Source: Octopus sinensis (taxonomy: Eukaryota). Taken from it: 64,000 bases of DNA. The notes beneath the pieces are model-generated. The model was not told the DNA's origin. It did not search any database and saw nothing but the letters and a program-made list of their open reading frames with translations. The stretch lies in assembly GCF_006345805.1 (NCBI RefSeq), contig NC_043000.1, forward strand, positions 21,824,001-21,888,000, read 5' to 3'. Below, in pieces: positions 51,060 through 64,000 of this stretch. Position 1 is the stretch's first letter. Every line of letters begins with the position of its first letter. A program made the translations under genes and the position numbers.

Positions 51060-52660
51060 TTAAGATTTGGTCAAGAGGGAGGAGTTGTACCTATGGCTTT
51101 TGTAAGGCCCTCCAAGACCAGTGAAACTGACATGGTTAGTGTTCCTCTACAACAGATGCAAGTTTTTCAACTGTAGGAAAAGCATTTGCAGGGAGGGAAT
51201 TTCAAAATACTCTGAGGAGCAAAGACTGAGTGAAGTGGTTGGTGCAAGCCCTAAGGTAGGGTGAATGATGAAAGGAAGAGGAGAAACAAGTGAGAGTAAC
51301 ACAAGACCAGCCACTCTGAGGATTACAAGATATTATAACAGAGTAACAGTAGTTTAACAAAAAAAAAAAAGAGTGAGAAGACGGTAAGCTTGTGGATCTG
51401 AGGTTGTAGTAAGCAACTTAATGTCAATCAGTTAGATGGCCATTTTGGGGAATGTGGTCTAAAATATGTGCAGACCCAAAATGTGGGAGCAGTATTCTAT
51501 TGTGGATCTCACTACCTGAACTTTGTATTTTCTGGCTGTGTGTGGTTCAAAGATAGGTACAATCAGTGCTGGATTAACCATTAAGCAAAATAACCACATG
51601 CTTAGAGCATCAAAGAAAGGGAGACACCACAGAAATGGTAAATGGTTTAAGGCACAAAGAGAGATCACTCGAAACTTGCTAAATATTTGAAGTGGTTTAT
51701 ATGATTAGAAATATAATTTCAAAGTGTTCATAGTGTCATAGTGAGGATCTGATTGAAGACTTTGCCGTTAAAATAAGTAGGAAGAAAATAAACATTATTT
51801 TCCATCTTACTGTTAGTACTGTTTCATTTTGAAAAACAAAATTAATTTTATGGCTTATTATTGTTTTATTTTGAATTACATATATATGAGGGTACCAAAA
51901 TCTTTTAAGTGCCTAGGACTTCTATGGGTCTTAATCCAGCCCTGGGTACAACATTGTATTCTTGTTATGAGTAGTGATTGTGTCATTGTGCTGTTAAAGG
52001 AGACAAGATTGGCAAGTCCCTAATGGACAATGTTTTTTTTTTTTTTCATGTCTGCTAATAGAGCCAATGCGGGTTTGGTGTGAGTCATGTTGGCTGCATG
52101 TGGATAATGCTCAGGAATGGTAGTTTAAGAAAAATGAAGTGAGGTATTATATGCATAGGAATGGGTGTTGTTGGGGGTTGTTGAAGTAGGTTGTTGAAGC
52201 ATAGACAGAAGTGTGTGGAGGAACTAAATCTTGGGACACAAGAATCAGAGAGAGCTCCATCAGCACACACCTCAATCCAAGGGATAAAAGATGGATGGAG
52301 CCTGCATCTTAGCCAGAGACTCTGCACGCTTAGACATGGTCAAAAAATGTTTTCACTAAATTTCTCAAGGTTAAGTAACACTGGAGAACAGGACTCCATT
52401 AGATCTAGTTTTGTGGAAACCATACTGGTGATTACTAAATAGGAAGAGTGTTTCAATGTGTTGAAGGCGTTGGTAATGACTGACAGCATTACCTTTAAGG
52501 TGGTGGAAGTGAATGTGATATGTTGACAGTTGGTAAGGCCAAAGGGTTGCCTGTGGTGGGGAATGGAGCTTATAGTAATGTTTGCAAAGATCAAGATAGG
52601 TCGTTGAACAGAGGAAAAGAAATTGAAGGGTTTAGCTCTTAAAAATAAAATCAACATTAA
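51060..52660 (-). mobile_element. Decayed LINE ORF2 3' portion (interrupted)
   Basis: YKVQVVRSTIEYCSHI motif; similar in character to 58050-59320. Confidence 0.65.
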
Positions 52661-52685
52661 TTGCTAGACTGAAGACCAGCTTCTA

Positions 52686-53290
52686 TCATCATCATCATTT
52701 AACATCCATTTTCCATGCTGGCATGGGTTGAACGGTTTGACGGGAGCTGTCCAGACTCCAGTTGTCTGTTTTGGCATGATTTTTTTTTAATGGCTGGATG
52801 CCTTTCCTAATGCCAACCACTTCACAGAGTGTGCTGGGTGCTTTTAAGTGCCACCAGCACAGGTGCATTTACTCAGTACCAGCACGAGTGCATTTTACAT
52901 GGTACTGACACCTACAAAGGACAAGTCTTTATGCATGGATGACCACAATTTTACTTAGCTTGACGCATCTTCTCAAGTACAGCAAATCACCACAACTCCC
53001 AGTCAGTTGTCATATCCTCAGTGTGGACCAGTATCTGAGGATCCTTTCTCACCACTTTGTCCCACGTCTTCCTGGGTTTACTCATTCCTCAGGTTCCCTC
53101 AACAATTAGAGCTTGGCACTTCTTTATGCAGCTGTCCTCATCCATCCACATCACATGACCAAACCAGTGCAGTCTTCTCTCTTGCACACATCTGCTGCTT
53201 TTTATACTCAGTTTTCCTCTTAAATCACTTACACTCAGTCGTGTGTGCACACTAACATTACTCATTCAGCAGAGCGTGCTAGCTTCCTTA
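52686..53290 (-). mobile_element. Family C SINE tail continuous with RTE ORF2 C-terminal sequence
   Basis: Minus strand PRKTWDKVVRKD, directly followed by the family C 3' region and (GAT)n. Confidence 0.7.
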
Positions 53291-53621
53291 TGAGAAGTAC
53301 AAATGATTGCTTTAATTCCAGTATATTAATGTACTTAATATTCAAAGGCAAAGTCCACTTTATTACATTTGAACTCAGGACAATCATCCCAATCTACTGA
53401 TTTTATCAAATGACCAACTTTTGTAAGCAATGAACACTAGCTAGGAACCTCTGTAATTACTGAAACTGCTAGAAATAGTAACCAAATTTCCTCCAAATAA
53501 AGCCTTACCCAAAAGGAACATGCTGGTTAGTGCCACATGCATGTAAAAGAAAAAAGGAAGTATGATGATAACTGGAATACTATATGTTAAAAACAACAGT
53601 AGTGAAATCTGTAGGTTCAAA

Positions 53622-53921
53622 TCTTTATATATAAAAGTGAAGTTGTGTGTCTGTCTCCTACAATTTAGATTCCTAACTACTCCCACATTTTGCGGTGCAG
53701 TGTAACCAAAAGCGGGTATCTTATAGTCGTGATTCATATCGAGCCCTTCTGGGTATTAGCACGCATCTACGATGAGTCTACGATTTTAAAAAAAATTTAC
53801 CATCATTTTTTCCCCATTTTTAATGCATTTTTTAGCTATTATATAAGGGAAGTAACTCTCTAAAAATGCTTATATAGTTATTTTCCTTACAAACCCAAGC
53901 AACGCCGGGCGATACTGCTAG
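53622..53921 (+). mobile_element. 300-bp non-autonomous Helitron
   Basis: A|TC start, CTAG|T end, subterminal GC-rich imperfect hairpin cccaagcaacgccggg, no TSD. Confidence 0.8.
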
Positions 53922-54371
53922 TACATGATATAACTTTGATTCTTAGCTGGCAATATTACATTTTATGTCTGCTCTAACCCAGCCAATACATGTGTCTCTC
54001 TTCTTTTTCATCCCTACTGCAGCTTTTTCCTTAAACTCTACTGAGATACTTTTTCTAGTCATTATACCCCAAGAAATGCAACCCTCTGGAACTATTTCAC
54101 CCTTCCTGTTCATATTTTCACAATAGGTATTAATTTGTAGAAGTTGAAACTGTATACCAATATCACCAGTCTAGGAAAAATCTGAGAAAATGAAAAGTAT
54201 TAGGTGCTAACCTCCTCCTCACATTAAACAATAAAAGAGAAAAAGTAATTATCTTCACTAAAAACTGAATTTTAACCACTCATCAAGGTAACATACATAC
54301 GCAAATATATATATATGTATATATGTGTGTGTATATATATATATATATAGATATATATGTGTATATATATA

Positions 54372-54428
<57 letters not shown>

Positions 54429-55009
54429 AGACCACATAGTGGTCACTCTCTTATATTTACATATAAAATTTATTATATTCCATGTTTTTATGCACTAAGC
54501 AACTTGGTGTTAAATTGAAGGTACAATTAAATTAGTATCTGGTGTCAAATTGATGGTACTATTAAATTAGTATCCAATTTTCTCACCCTTATTAGATGAT
54601 TGTAATTATACTGCATCTAATTTTTGATGTAGTATCTGTTTCCGTGAATTTTGGCAGGCTTTGGTGGGGGCAATTGAATTATAACGGCGAATGCAATCGA
54701 CTCAACCACATGTGTGTTTATTGTTATGGTAAAATCTAGCATGCGGTTGAGTAAATTGTATTCTAGACAAATTCAGCCGAGGAGCTACAGATATGTTATG
54801 TGAGTAAAATTACGTAATTTGTTGATAGCGAAACAATTGTCCTGAATTAATCTGCATTTTTGTTATTTTTATTTGCCCTGTTTGTTTACGCTAATAGTTG
54901 TGCTAACTTTCATCGGAAACAATTCTTCGTGGCTGAAACCCTAGCGGATCTATTTTTAGTGCTAGAATATACATACATACAGACACACACATACATAATG
55001 TATGTTTTG

Positions 55010-55300
55010 TTGTTGTTGTTTGTTCCTTCTTGAGCCATGTCTGGCTCATAAGGGCCGGTTTCTTGGCGTATAGGTTCCCCACCTGGACAGGATTCCGGTC
55101 TATCGCAGGTGAGCTGCAAGGTGTAGGAGGAAAGAGTGAGAGAAAGTTGTGGCGAAAGAGTCAGCAGAAGTTTCGCCATTACCTTCTGCCAGAGCAGCGT
55201 GGAGGTTAGGTGTTTCGCTCATAAACACACACATTGTCCGGTCTGAGATTCGAACCCACGAGTCCACTGCTCTAACCACTAGGCCATTGTGCCTCCACAC
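55010..55300 (-). mobile_element. tRNA-derived SINE (family D)
   Basis: 14-bp TSD taatgtatgttttg at 54996-55009 and 55301-55314. Confidence 0.9.
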
Positions 55301-55530
55301 TAATGTATGTTTTGCCTATATATAAACTTGCTGCAGGACAGCATCCTGAGAAAGCATCCCACACAACATCAAGTGTTAAAGAACACAGAATGCCTGAGAC
55401 AGGCAAGACAACCCTCAATCACCTTGGGTAGGTTGACTTGCCTGTCTGAGACATTCAGTGCCATGTGCTGAGCTTTCCCAGAATTATATCCTGCAGCAAG
55501 TTGGCATACAGGCAAAATACATACGTTATA
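55301..55530. repeat. Imperfect foldback (MITE-like) whose left arm was hit by the SINE
   Basis: taatgtatgttttgcctata..aacttgctgcagga..agacaggcaag pairs with cttgcctgtct..tcctgcagcaagtt..caggcaaaatacatacgtta. Confidence 0.75.
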
Positions 55531-55579
55531 TATGTGCAACTGATAATGTCTGCATTCTTAGAGCTGCTTGAGGTGCTTT

Positions 55580-55980
55580 TCATTCAAGTGTGACTGATGC
55601 CAGTGCTGGTGGCACGTAAAAAGCACCATTCAAGCATGGTCGATGCCAGTGCTGCCTGACTAGCTCCCATGCCAGTGGCATGTAAAAGTTTGAGTTTGGT
55701 TGATGCCAGTGCCCCCTGACTGGCTCCTGTGCTGGTGGCACATAACAAGCATCATTTGGGCATGGTTGATGCCAGTGCCACCTGACTGGCCCCTATGCCA
55801 GTGGCACATAAAAAGCAACCACTACGCTTTCGGAGTGGTTGGCATTAAGAAGGGCATCTAGTTGTAGAAACCTTGCCAGATCAGAGCCTGGTGCAGCCTC
55901 CTGGCTTGCCAGTCCTCAGTCAAACCATCCAACCACTGCCAGCATGGAAAGTGGATGTTAAACGATGACAATGATGATGA
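55580..55980 (+). mobile_element. SINE family C with expanded internal minisatellite
   Basis: Repeated unit gccagtgc.gcctgactggctcc..gtggcacgtaaaaagcacc; (GAT)n tail; similar copy at 59690-60131. Confidence 0.85.
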
Positions 55981-58049
55981 CATTCTCACTTTTTATGTTT
56001 AAAATGGATTTATCTTTATTGCATTATTCTACGAAAAATCTATTTAGTTAAAACATATCAAGGAAATATCAAAAGTAACTTATAATCATATTTTGACAAC
56101 ACATCTTAAAAAGCTGCTTCCCATCTTTACAAATACACACACACATACACATCTATCTTTTATTTGTTCCATTCATTGGACTACAGCCAAGCTGGGGCAC
56201 TGCCCTGAAGGTTTTAATCAAACAAAAGGACCCCAGTACTTATTCTTAAGTCTGATACTCCATCAGTTATGACAATGAAGGTTCCAGCTGGTCTGATCAA
56301 CTAAACAATAGGCGCAGGAGTGGCTGTGTGGTAAGTAGCTCGCTTACCAACCACATGGTTCCGGGTTCAGTCCCACTGCATGGCACCTTGGGCAAGTGTC
56401 TTCTACCATAGCCTCAGGCTGACCAAAGCTTTGTGAATGGATTTGGTAGATGGAAACTGAAAGAAGCTCATCATATATATGTATATAGATATATGCATGT
56501 GTGTTTGTGTCTGTGTCCCACCCACCCCCGCCCCAACATCATTTGACAACCGATGCTGGTGTGTTTACGTCCCCGTAACTTAGTGGTTCAGCAAAAGAGA
56601 CTGCTAGAATAAGTACTAGGCTTACAAAGAATAAATCCTAGGGTCGGTTTCCTGACTAAAGGTGGTGCTCCAGCATGGCTGCAGTCAAATGACCGAAACG
56701 AATAAAAGAGTCTTCTCATGAAATTAATGTGTAAGTGGCTGAGCACTCCACAGACACACATATACTCGTAACATAGTTTGCATGAAGATTCAGCATCATT
56801 AAGGATGTGACAAGGCTAACCCATTCGATTGCAGTTACAAATCATTTTTGCCTACTGAGTGGACTAGAGCAACATGAAATAAAGTGTCTTGCTCAATGAC
56901 ACAACATGCTGACAGGTATTGAACTCACAACCTTCTGATCATGAGCTGAATATCCTAACTACTAAGCCATGTGCCTTCACTAACTTGTTACAAGTATATA
57001 AACAAAACCAATGCTAGTGTGTTTGCGTCCCCGTAACATGGTGGTTCGGCAAAGGAGACCGATAGAATAGGTACTGGGCTTACAAATGAATAGGTCCTGG
57101 GTTCGATTTGCTTGACTAAAGGCAGTGCTCCAGCATGGCCACAGTTAAATGACTGGAACAAGTAAAAGAATAAGAGAATAAATCAACTCCAATTGTCAAG
57201 GAATAGTGGGGAACAAACACAGACTCACACACAAATATATGTGCGTTTATCATCATCATCATCATCAACCATCCATTTTCTATGCTGGCATGGGTTGGAC
57301 AGTTTGACAGGAGCTGCCCAGGTTCCTTGGTGCAACTGTCTTCATTCATATGCATTACATGACTGTACCAGCGCAGTGTGTATATATATACATACACAAG
57401 CTTCTTCACAATTTCCATCTACCAAATTCACTCACAAGGCATTGGTCAACCAAGGGTTATAATAAAATCCACTTGTCCAAGGTGCTGCATAGTGGAACTG
57501 AACCCGAAACCATGTGATTGCAAAGTGAGCTTCTTAACCACACAGCCAATATATAAAACTTTATCCATTTGTGTCTAATCACAAGTATGATTCCATTATA
57601 TATTTCGGCATATAGATAAGAAAAATGAACTCTAAAGTGTTCTTTTGGTCATATCTAGGATAGGGGTTGAACTCAGCTTTGCAAGCCAAACAAAACACTT
57701 GTCAATTTGACAGTGCTACAGTAGAAAAGTACACAAGCAGTGGTTTCTATTTATAGCAAGATAAGTTGGAACATCACAAGGAAATGGTACCATAATAATG
57801 ATGACAGAATGCTAACTGACTGGATAATTATTTGATATCATTGACTCAGGCATTCATGACTCTTATTATATGTGCATGTGAATATAGGTTGATTCAAAAC
57901 ATTTTTTAGCATTAATACAATAAACTGAGTATGTTGAACTTGTTAGTTGAATTTAATAGCACCACCTGGAAGAGATACACAGTAAGTTCTGGAGAACCGT
58001 AGCCCATTCAAGCAGAGGGTTATCGTTTCCAAAGACATATCTGGGTGTG

Positions 58050-59320
58050 GGTGGTTTATCTGGTATTTGTTGGGGGTAATCATCTAGGGATCATTTAAAT
58101 GCTGTGAAGTCACTTTCCTCCTTTATGCGTGTCTGGCACAATGTTGAAGAGAGCAGGACCAACTGAGGTGAAATAATTCTGTCATCTATTGATCTTTGGA
58201 AACACATTATGGTGTATGCCACCATTAGGAAGTAATCTCTCCAGTCCTGCCAACTGTCACCATTGTGCAACTGCTTCTAATATCTAATGTAATGGAAATA
58301 GTCATTAACAACATTGTGGATTTCTCTCTTTTTAACGATCACCATTACAATTTCCATAAAGCCAAAACCACTGGTGACTTACTCTCCTCTGTCACCCACG
58401 AATGGGCTCTTGCCTTAGAGGAATTTAGTGAAGGTAATGTTGTCTTCGATATCAGCAAAACTTTCAACTATAGCAAGTGAATGTTGCACACTTGGTGCTT
58501 GTGTTGATGAAGCTCTATCCATCATCATATCAACTCTGGCATACCCCAGGGTTTGGTTTTGTCCTCCACTCTCTTCTTTCTATACTTCACTGATTTACAT
58601 GCCAGCAGATCCAACAATATCTGCTCTTTTGCAAATGATGCTACCCTTCCTTCTTCCCTAACATTCTCCATTCACAACCAAGGCATCACATGCTAAATAC
58701 ACACTGACACCATGAACAGAGACCTTGAAAGTATTCTCTGATGGAAATATACCAGTTTTGTCTATTTCGATAGCAAGAAAGCAGTGTTGCAGCTCTCCAC
58801 CATGCATTTAACTAGAGCCCTCAAAATTGCTTCCATTTAGGGGTCCAATCATCACCAAGGATCTACCTCTGATGATTAAAATACCTAGGGTCACGTCCCA
58901 ACAATTATAGATGTTTTACAAAGCACAAGTGAGGCCCACAATGAAAATGATGTTGCTGCTGTACACAGAGACACCCTCAACTGCATCCAGAAAAGGGTTA
59001 CCCAACTGATTTGTACAGTCACACACAAACATACTCAAACATCTGCCCCACAGGCATTTTGTCTTCTTTCTCTGCTGCTACTATAATGGCCGCTGTTCCT
59101 TGGATTTCGTTGGGCTTATGTCACTTACACTCAGATATTCCTGTACTGCTTGTCTCTCTTCCTCTCATTACCCTTATGGTGTCCACCCAATGCTAGACCT
59201 CACATAAATCCCTACAGTTAGTCCTTCTGTCCACTGGAATTTCCTACTTGGTCATATCTTTCCTGCAAATTTTAACTTACAAAGGTTCAAGAGAATCATG
59301 AATAGCATCAATCTCAACAC
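58050..59320 (+). mobile_element. Decayed LINE reverse-transcriptase region
   Basis: VVFDISKTFN, PQGLVLSP, CSFANDAT (YADD-box remnant), YKAQVRPTM. Confidence 0.8.
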
Positions 59321-61045
59321 ACAGATATATAGAAAATACTGAAGAAATGAATACAGGAAATTCTTGGTAATATGCTCTATGGTAGATCAATCCTAAAAGA
59401 CACAATTTGAAGTGATATATACAAAGGCAATCACTCTTAATTATGAACTAATAATCAATGCCCTACAAACAGCCTGTTTTTCTCAAACTTTAAAACCTGT
59501 TGTCAACCTCCTTAAGTAGCCAAACATAAAGAAAAATGCATAAAGAGAGACCCAGAACTCTTCCTGGTACTGTTGATTAAAAGTACAGGATCTGGATCTG
59601 GCCTCTCACACTTACCCTACAATGTCATTCTAATATGAAACCTTGAAGTTATAAGATAATGCATGATTAATTCAAAACAATGTGATCCATGCTAGTGGAG
59701 CACTAAGAGCACCATCCAAGCATGATCGTTGCTAGAACAGCTGACTGGCTTCCCTGCCAGTGGCAAGTAAAAAGCACCATTCGAGTGTGATCGTTACCAG
59801 CGGTGCCTTATTGGCACATGAAAAATCATTCGAGTGAGGTCATTGCCAGTGCCACTGGACTGGCTCCTGTGCAGGTGGCACGTAAAAAACACCATTTGAG
59901 CATGACCGTTGCCAGTACTGCCTGACTAGCCCTCATGCCGGTGGCACGTAAAAGCACCCACTACACTCTCGGAGTGGTTGGCATTAGGAAGGGCATCCAG
60001 CTGTAGAAACTCTGCCAGATCAGATTGGAGCTTGGTGCAGCCATCTGGTTCGCCAGTCCTCAGTCAAATTGTCCAACCCATGCTAGCATGAAAAGCGGAT
60101 GTTAAACGATGATGATGATGATGATGATGATGAATATGATTGAATAAGCATTATATTGGATAGAGTAATCTGAATGCTAAAGGGTTAATGTGATTTATAT
60201 TGTAAATCCAGAAGACAAGTCAATGATGTGTTTCTTCATAAATGAATTGCAAAGGCTGGCATGCACACAAACCTAACAACTGATTAAATACAACAGTTTG
60301 GATCCACTCAAAAGAGTGCCTCTCTTCCAAATTTCCTAAGCTGCCTATATACCATAACAGTCAACACTTTGCAGCAAATTTAAAAATCAAAGCTTCTCTC
60401 ATGTATAGCTATGACTGCCAACTGCTACAAATGCTTACCCTAAAAAGCTTACTTATTCTACTGTCCAACCAAATTCGTATATGGAGCAGTAGTTCAATTA
60501 CCAAACAAACTAGTTTCACTAGCTACTGCTATAGTCTGTTTGCATTGCCGCCAACATTTTTTATATAGTAAACTGATAGTTCAATACTAATTATGTCAAT
60601 AGTCACTTAGTGGATGAGAACCTAAAAACTTGTTCTCATGTTTTTACACACTACAAAGAATTATGAAAATCTTACAGCAGCCTTACTAGCTGACTTATGA
60701 AGAGATATTTTTTTTCTCAAAATAAACCATCACTATTGCAAAGATAATGTTGCAAATATTGATAAACTATAACCCAAACTAAAAGAAAATTCTCAAAAAA
60801 TTGCAACCAATTCAATGTTGAACCATTCACTATAAACAACGTTTCTGAGTCAACAACCTGAGTATAGTCATATATATTTTCACATGAAATCACCTCATCA
60901 ATCATTTCCAATCTATAATGTATCAAATTAACTAGAGAAAGAAAAAAAAATCATTATACCATGCTTTGTATTTACATATTTAAAAAAGAAAAATGCTTCT
61001 TCCCAAGTCATATAGACTTATATGACTGGTTACCTGGTTTCTTGG

Positions 61046-61076
<31 letters not shown>

Positions 61077-61882
61077 TCCTCCTTCACAGGAATTCTCAAT
61101 TTTGCCAGCTGAGTGGACTGGAGCAACGTGAAATAAGTGTTTTGTTCAAGAACACAACATACAACCCAGTCCAGGAATCGAAACCAGAATCTTATGATCA
61201 TACCTAACACGCTTCTACTGCGTATGTGTGTGTATATATACATATATATATATACATATATATACATATATATATATATATATGGAATCACTGACTATTT
61301 TTGCTCAAAACACTCATTCTGCCATCCTACACTAATGGAGATACATATAATGGGCTTCTGCATAATTTTCGACAACCAAATTTCACTCACAAAGATTTGA
61401 TCAACTTGAAGATAATGTAACAAAACACTGACCAAAGGTGCATTGGAATCGAACCCAGATCCATTGAATTGTGAAACAAACATCTTACCTACATAACCAT
61501 ACTGGTGCTCATGTGTATATTCAAGCATGTGCATATACGTTTCATTCTCTTTTAGCATGAATGGTAAGGTATTTGTTATTCACGAGAATTTAGCCAAACA
61601 TATCATGCAACACGGTAAAGTTTATGAAGTAGGTTTTTTTTTGCTTTCGCTTTGTATTTTTTCTTCCCCATTTAAATCAAGTTAGTCTTCAGTCATCAAC
61701 GTGCAAATGCGTTCGCAACATGGTTATGCATGAATGTAATCGGTTGCACCAAACCCATTTATTATGTTTTTATGCCAAATAACATCTCAAATACTACGAA
61801 GATTATCTTTAAAACACTTTCACTTGTCAGGCAAAATGTCAATCCAGATATATAAACATTGCTCTTCTCAGATCCTCTATAT

Positions 61883-62404
61883 CAGGGATTCCCAACCTGG
61901 GGTCCACAAAGGTAGTATATATATATATGCAGGAGTGGCTGAGTGGTAAGTAGCTCGCTTACCAACCACACGGTTCCGGGTTCAGTCGCACTGCGTGGCA
62001 CCTTGGGCAAGTGCCTTCTACTATAGCTTCAGACCGACCAAAGCCTTGTGAGTGGATTTGGTAGACGGACACTGAAAGAAGCCCGTCGTATATATGTATG
62101 TATATATATGAGTGTGTGTTTGTCCCCCCAACGATGCTGGTGTGTTTACGTCCCCGTAACTTAGCGGTTCGGCAAAAGAGACCGATAGAATAAGTACTAA
62201 GCTTACAAAGAATAAGTTCTGGGGTCGATTTGCTTGACTAAAGGCGGTGCTCCAGCATGGCCGCAGTCAAATGACTGAAACAAGTAAAAGAGGAAAAAAG
62301 AGGAGATACACACACACATAAGGATAAGCATATTAAATGGGGTTCGTGGAGAAACTCATTTAAATAAAAGGAGTCCTTGGTAGTGAAAAAGTTGGGAACC
62401 GCTA
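61883..62404. mobile_element. hAT MITE with nested family B SINE (61929-62292)
   Basis: TIRs cagggattcccaac / gttgggaaccgcta; 8-bp TSD ctctatat/ctctgtat. Confidence 0.8.
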
Positions 62405-63559
62405 CTCTGTATTAATCAAACCAGATTTGTTGTACATTAGTCCTCTAAAGTAAGAACTATCCAATTTAAAAGAAAAGTGAACATGAAACTGTGTGGTTCT
62501 GGGTTCAGTTCCAATGCGTGGCACACTGGGCAAGTGTTTTCTGCTAAATTTACTCACAAGGCATTGGTCGGCCCTGAGTTATGGTAGAAGAAAACTGTGT
62601 GGAAGCACGTCATATATACATATGTATGCATGTTTGGTCCCCCACAACCGCCTGACAACCGGCATTGGTTTGTTTACATCCCAGTAACTTAGCAGTCCAG
62701 TAAAATAGACCGATAGAATAAGTACCAGATTTAAAATAGGCACTGGGGCCGATTTGTTCAATTAAAACTTGTCGTGGCGGTGCCCCAGCATGGCCGCAGT
62801 CTAATGACTAAAACAAGTAAAGGAAATGTGAAAGATAAAAATAATAAAAGCATTACAAATTCTGCAGACCAAAAACACCTGGAGAGTAAAAAAAGTTCGG
62901 AAGACAGTAACCCGGAATTTAATATGGATCTCGAAAGCAACAGAGCCAAAATAAAAACACGAGACAAAGGAACTTGGTTGGGTGTGACATTTGAATCCAT
63001 CAATTTAGTTCGATTAAGATCAACAAAACGGATGTGCCATTAAGCGGCGGGGGGTGGGCAGCTTGAAGAAACAAGTATAGCATTACTGTGAAGATATTTA
63101 TAGTAATGGTAAGATATTTATAGAATAATACAATAACACAATTTGGAATCATATTCTCTGATATTAGCCAGTGAAGTCTTTACATTGCATTCGTTGATAT
63201 TCAACAGAAATAAATCTGTGCCAAATTCCTCCAAGCAATTTCACCTTCAAACGTTTCTTTAAATAACAATTTGTTATTTAATTCTTGTGGGGCGGGAAAC
63301 AATAGAAATCAGCGTAGAAATATTCTTGCAATTGATAGAATCTAAATCGTTTTTATATGTCAGTCAATACATACATACACACGCTCTACTTCAGATAATT
63401 CACAAAATCGAGAATATTTGACCTCAATAATAAATTTATTATCAATTTATGTATATGTATATGAAGAGAAAGAAAGACCCTCGCTTAAAAAAACCCCGGG
63501 AGAACCACGAATTTATGGTAAAGTGCTCGATACATTCTGTGTGTGTGTATGTGTGTGTG

Positions 63560-63605
63560 GATAGATAGATAGATAGATGACAGACAGATAGATAGATAGA
63601 TAGAC

Positions 63606-63657
<52 letters not shown>

Positions 63658-63661
63658 ATAG

Positions 63662-63692
<31 letters not shown>

Positions 63693-63877
63693 TAGATAGA
63701 TAGACAGATAGACAAACAGACAGATAGATAGATAAACAGATAGACAGACAGATAGATAGATAAACAGATAGACAGATAGATAATAGACAGACAGATAGAT
63801 AGACAAACAGATATACAAACAGACAGAAAGATATATAAACAGACAGAAAGACATATAGACAGACAGATAGATAGATA
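63560..63877. repeat. (GATA)n/(GACA)n compound microsatellite
   Basis: Directly visible tandem tetranucleotide array. Confidence 0.95.
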
Positions 63878-64000
63878 ATTCATTGTAGAACTGAGACTAA
63901 TGTTACTATTCGGTGTATCCTTGATCACGAAGCTTGTTTGCAAATTCATGTACATACCACGCAAGCACACACACACAATCTATGTAAATACACAATTATA

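Noticed and set aside
55590-55810. CRISPR-like regularly spaced repeats
   Set aside because: Eukaryotic SINE-internal minisatellite; the units are homologous throughout, with no unique spacers or cas genes
60717-60926. 69-aa minus-strand ORF preceded by a polypyrimidine acceptor
   Set aside because: No recognisable motif and no phase-compatible partner exons found
63485-63976. 163-aa hydrophobic ORF
   Set aside because: Translation of the (TATC)n microsatellite

Overview
AT-rich, repeat-dense eukaryotic DNA. The SINE families and microsatellite pattern point to an octopus (coleoid cephalopod) genome, which is an inference from recognising the repeats. One protein-coding gene is well supported: 11 minus-strand coding exons (39944 to 23046) join with consistent GT-AG phases into a coiled-coil protein of at least 517 aa. 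Its motifs resemble fungal Bfr1 and plant proton-pump-interactor proteins. The start exon was not found, and a probable intron lies in the 3'UTR. A CpG-rich promoter-like island with NRF1, ETS and YY1 motifs lies at about 1.5-1.85 kb, another candidate promoter at about 48 kb, and a tandem RFX X-box at 50.8 kb. The rest is mobile DNA: four or more SINE families (many with TSDs), RTE/CR1/other LINE remnants including one with a CCCH-finger ORF1, hAT, Tigger/pogo and piggyBac-type elements, a short Helitron and a solo LTR. The most unusual signal is a set of foldback elements carrying minimal type I hammerhead ribozymes of the kind found in Penelope-like elements. One is fused behind a tRNA-derived Pol III head (a candidate ribozyme SINE) and one has a non-canonical catalytic core. 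Nearly all ORFs in the supplied track are repeat artefacts.
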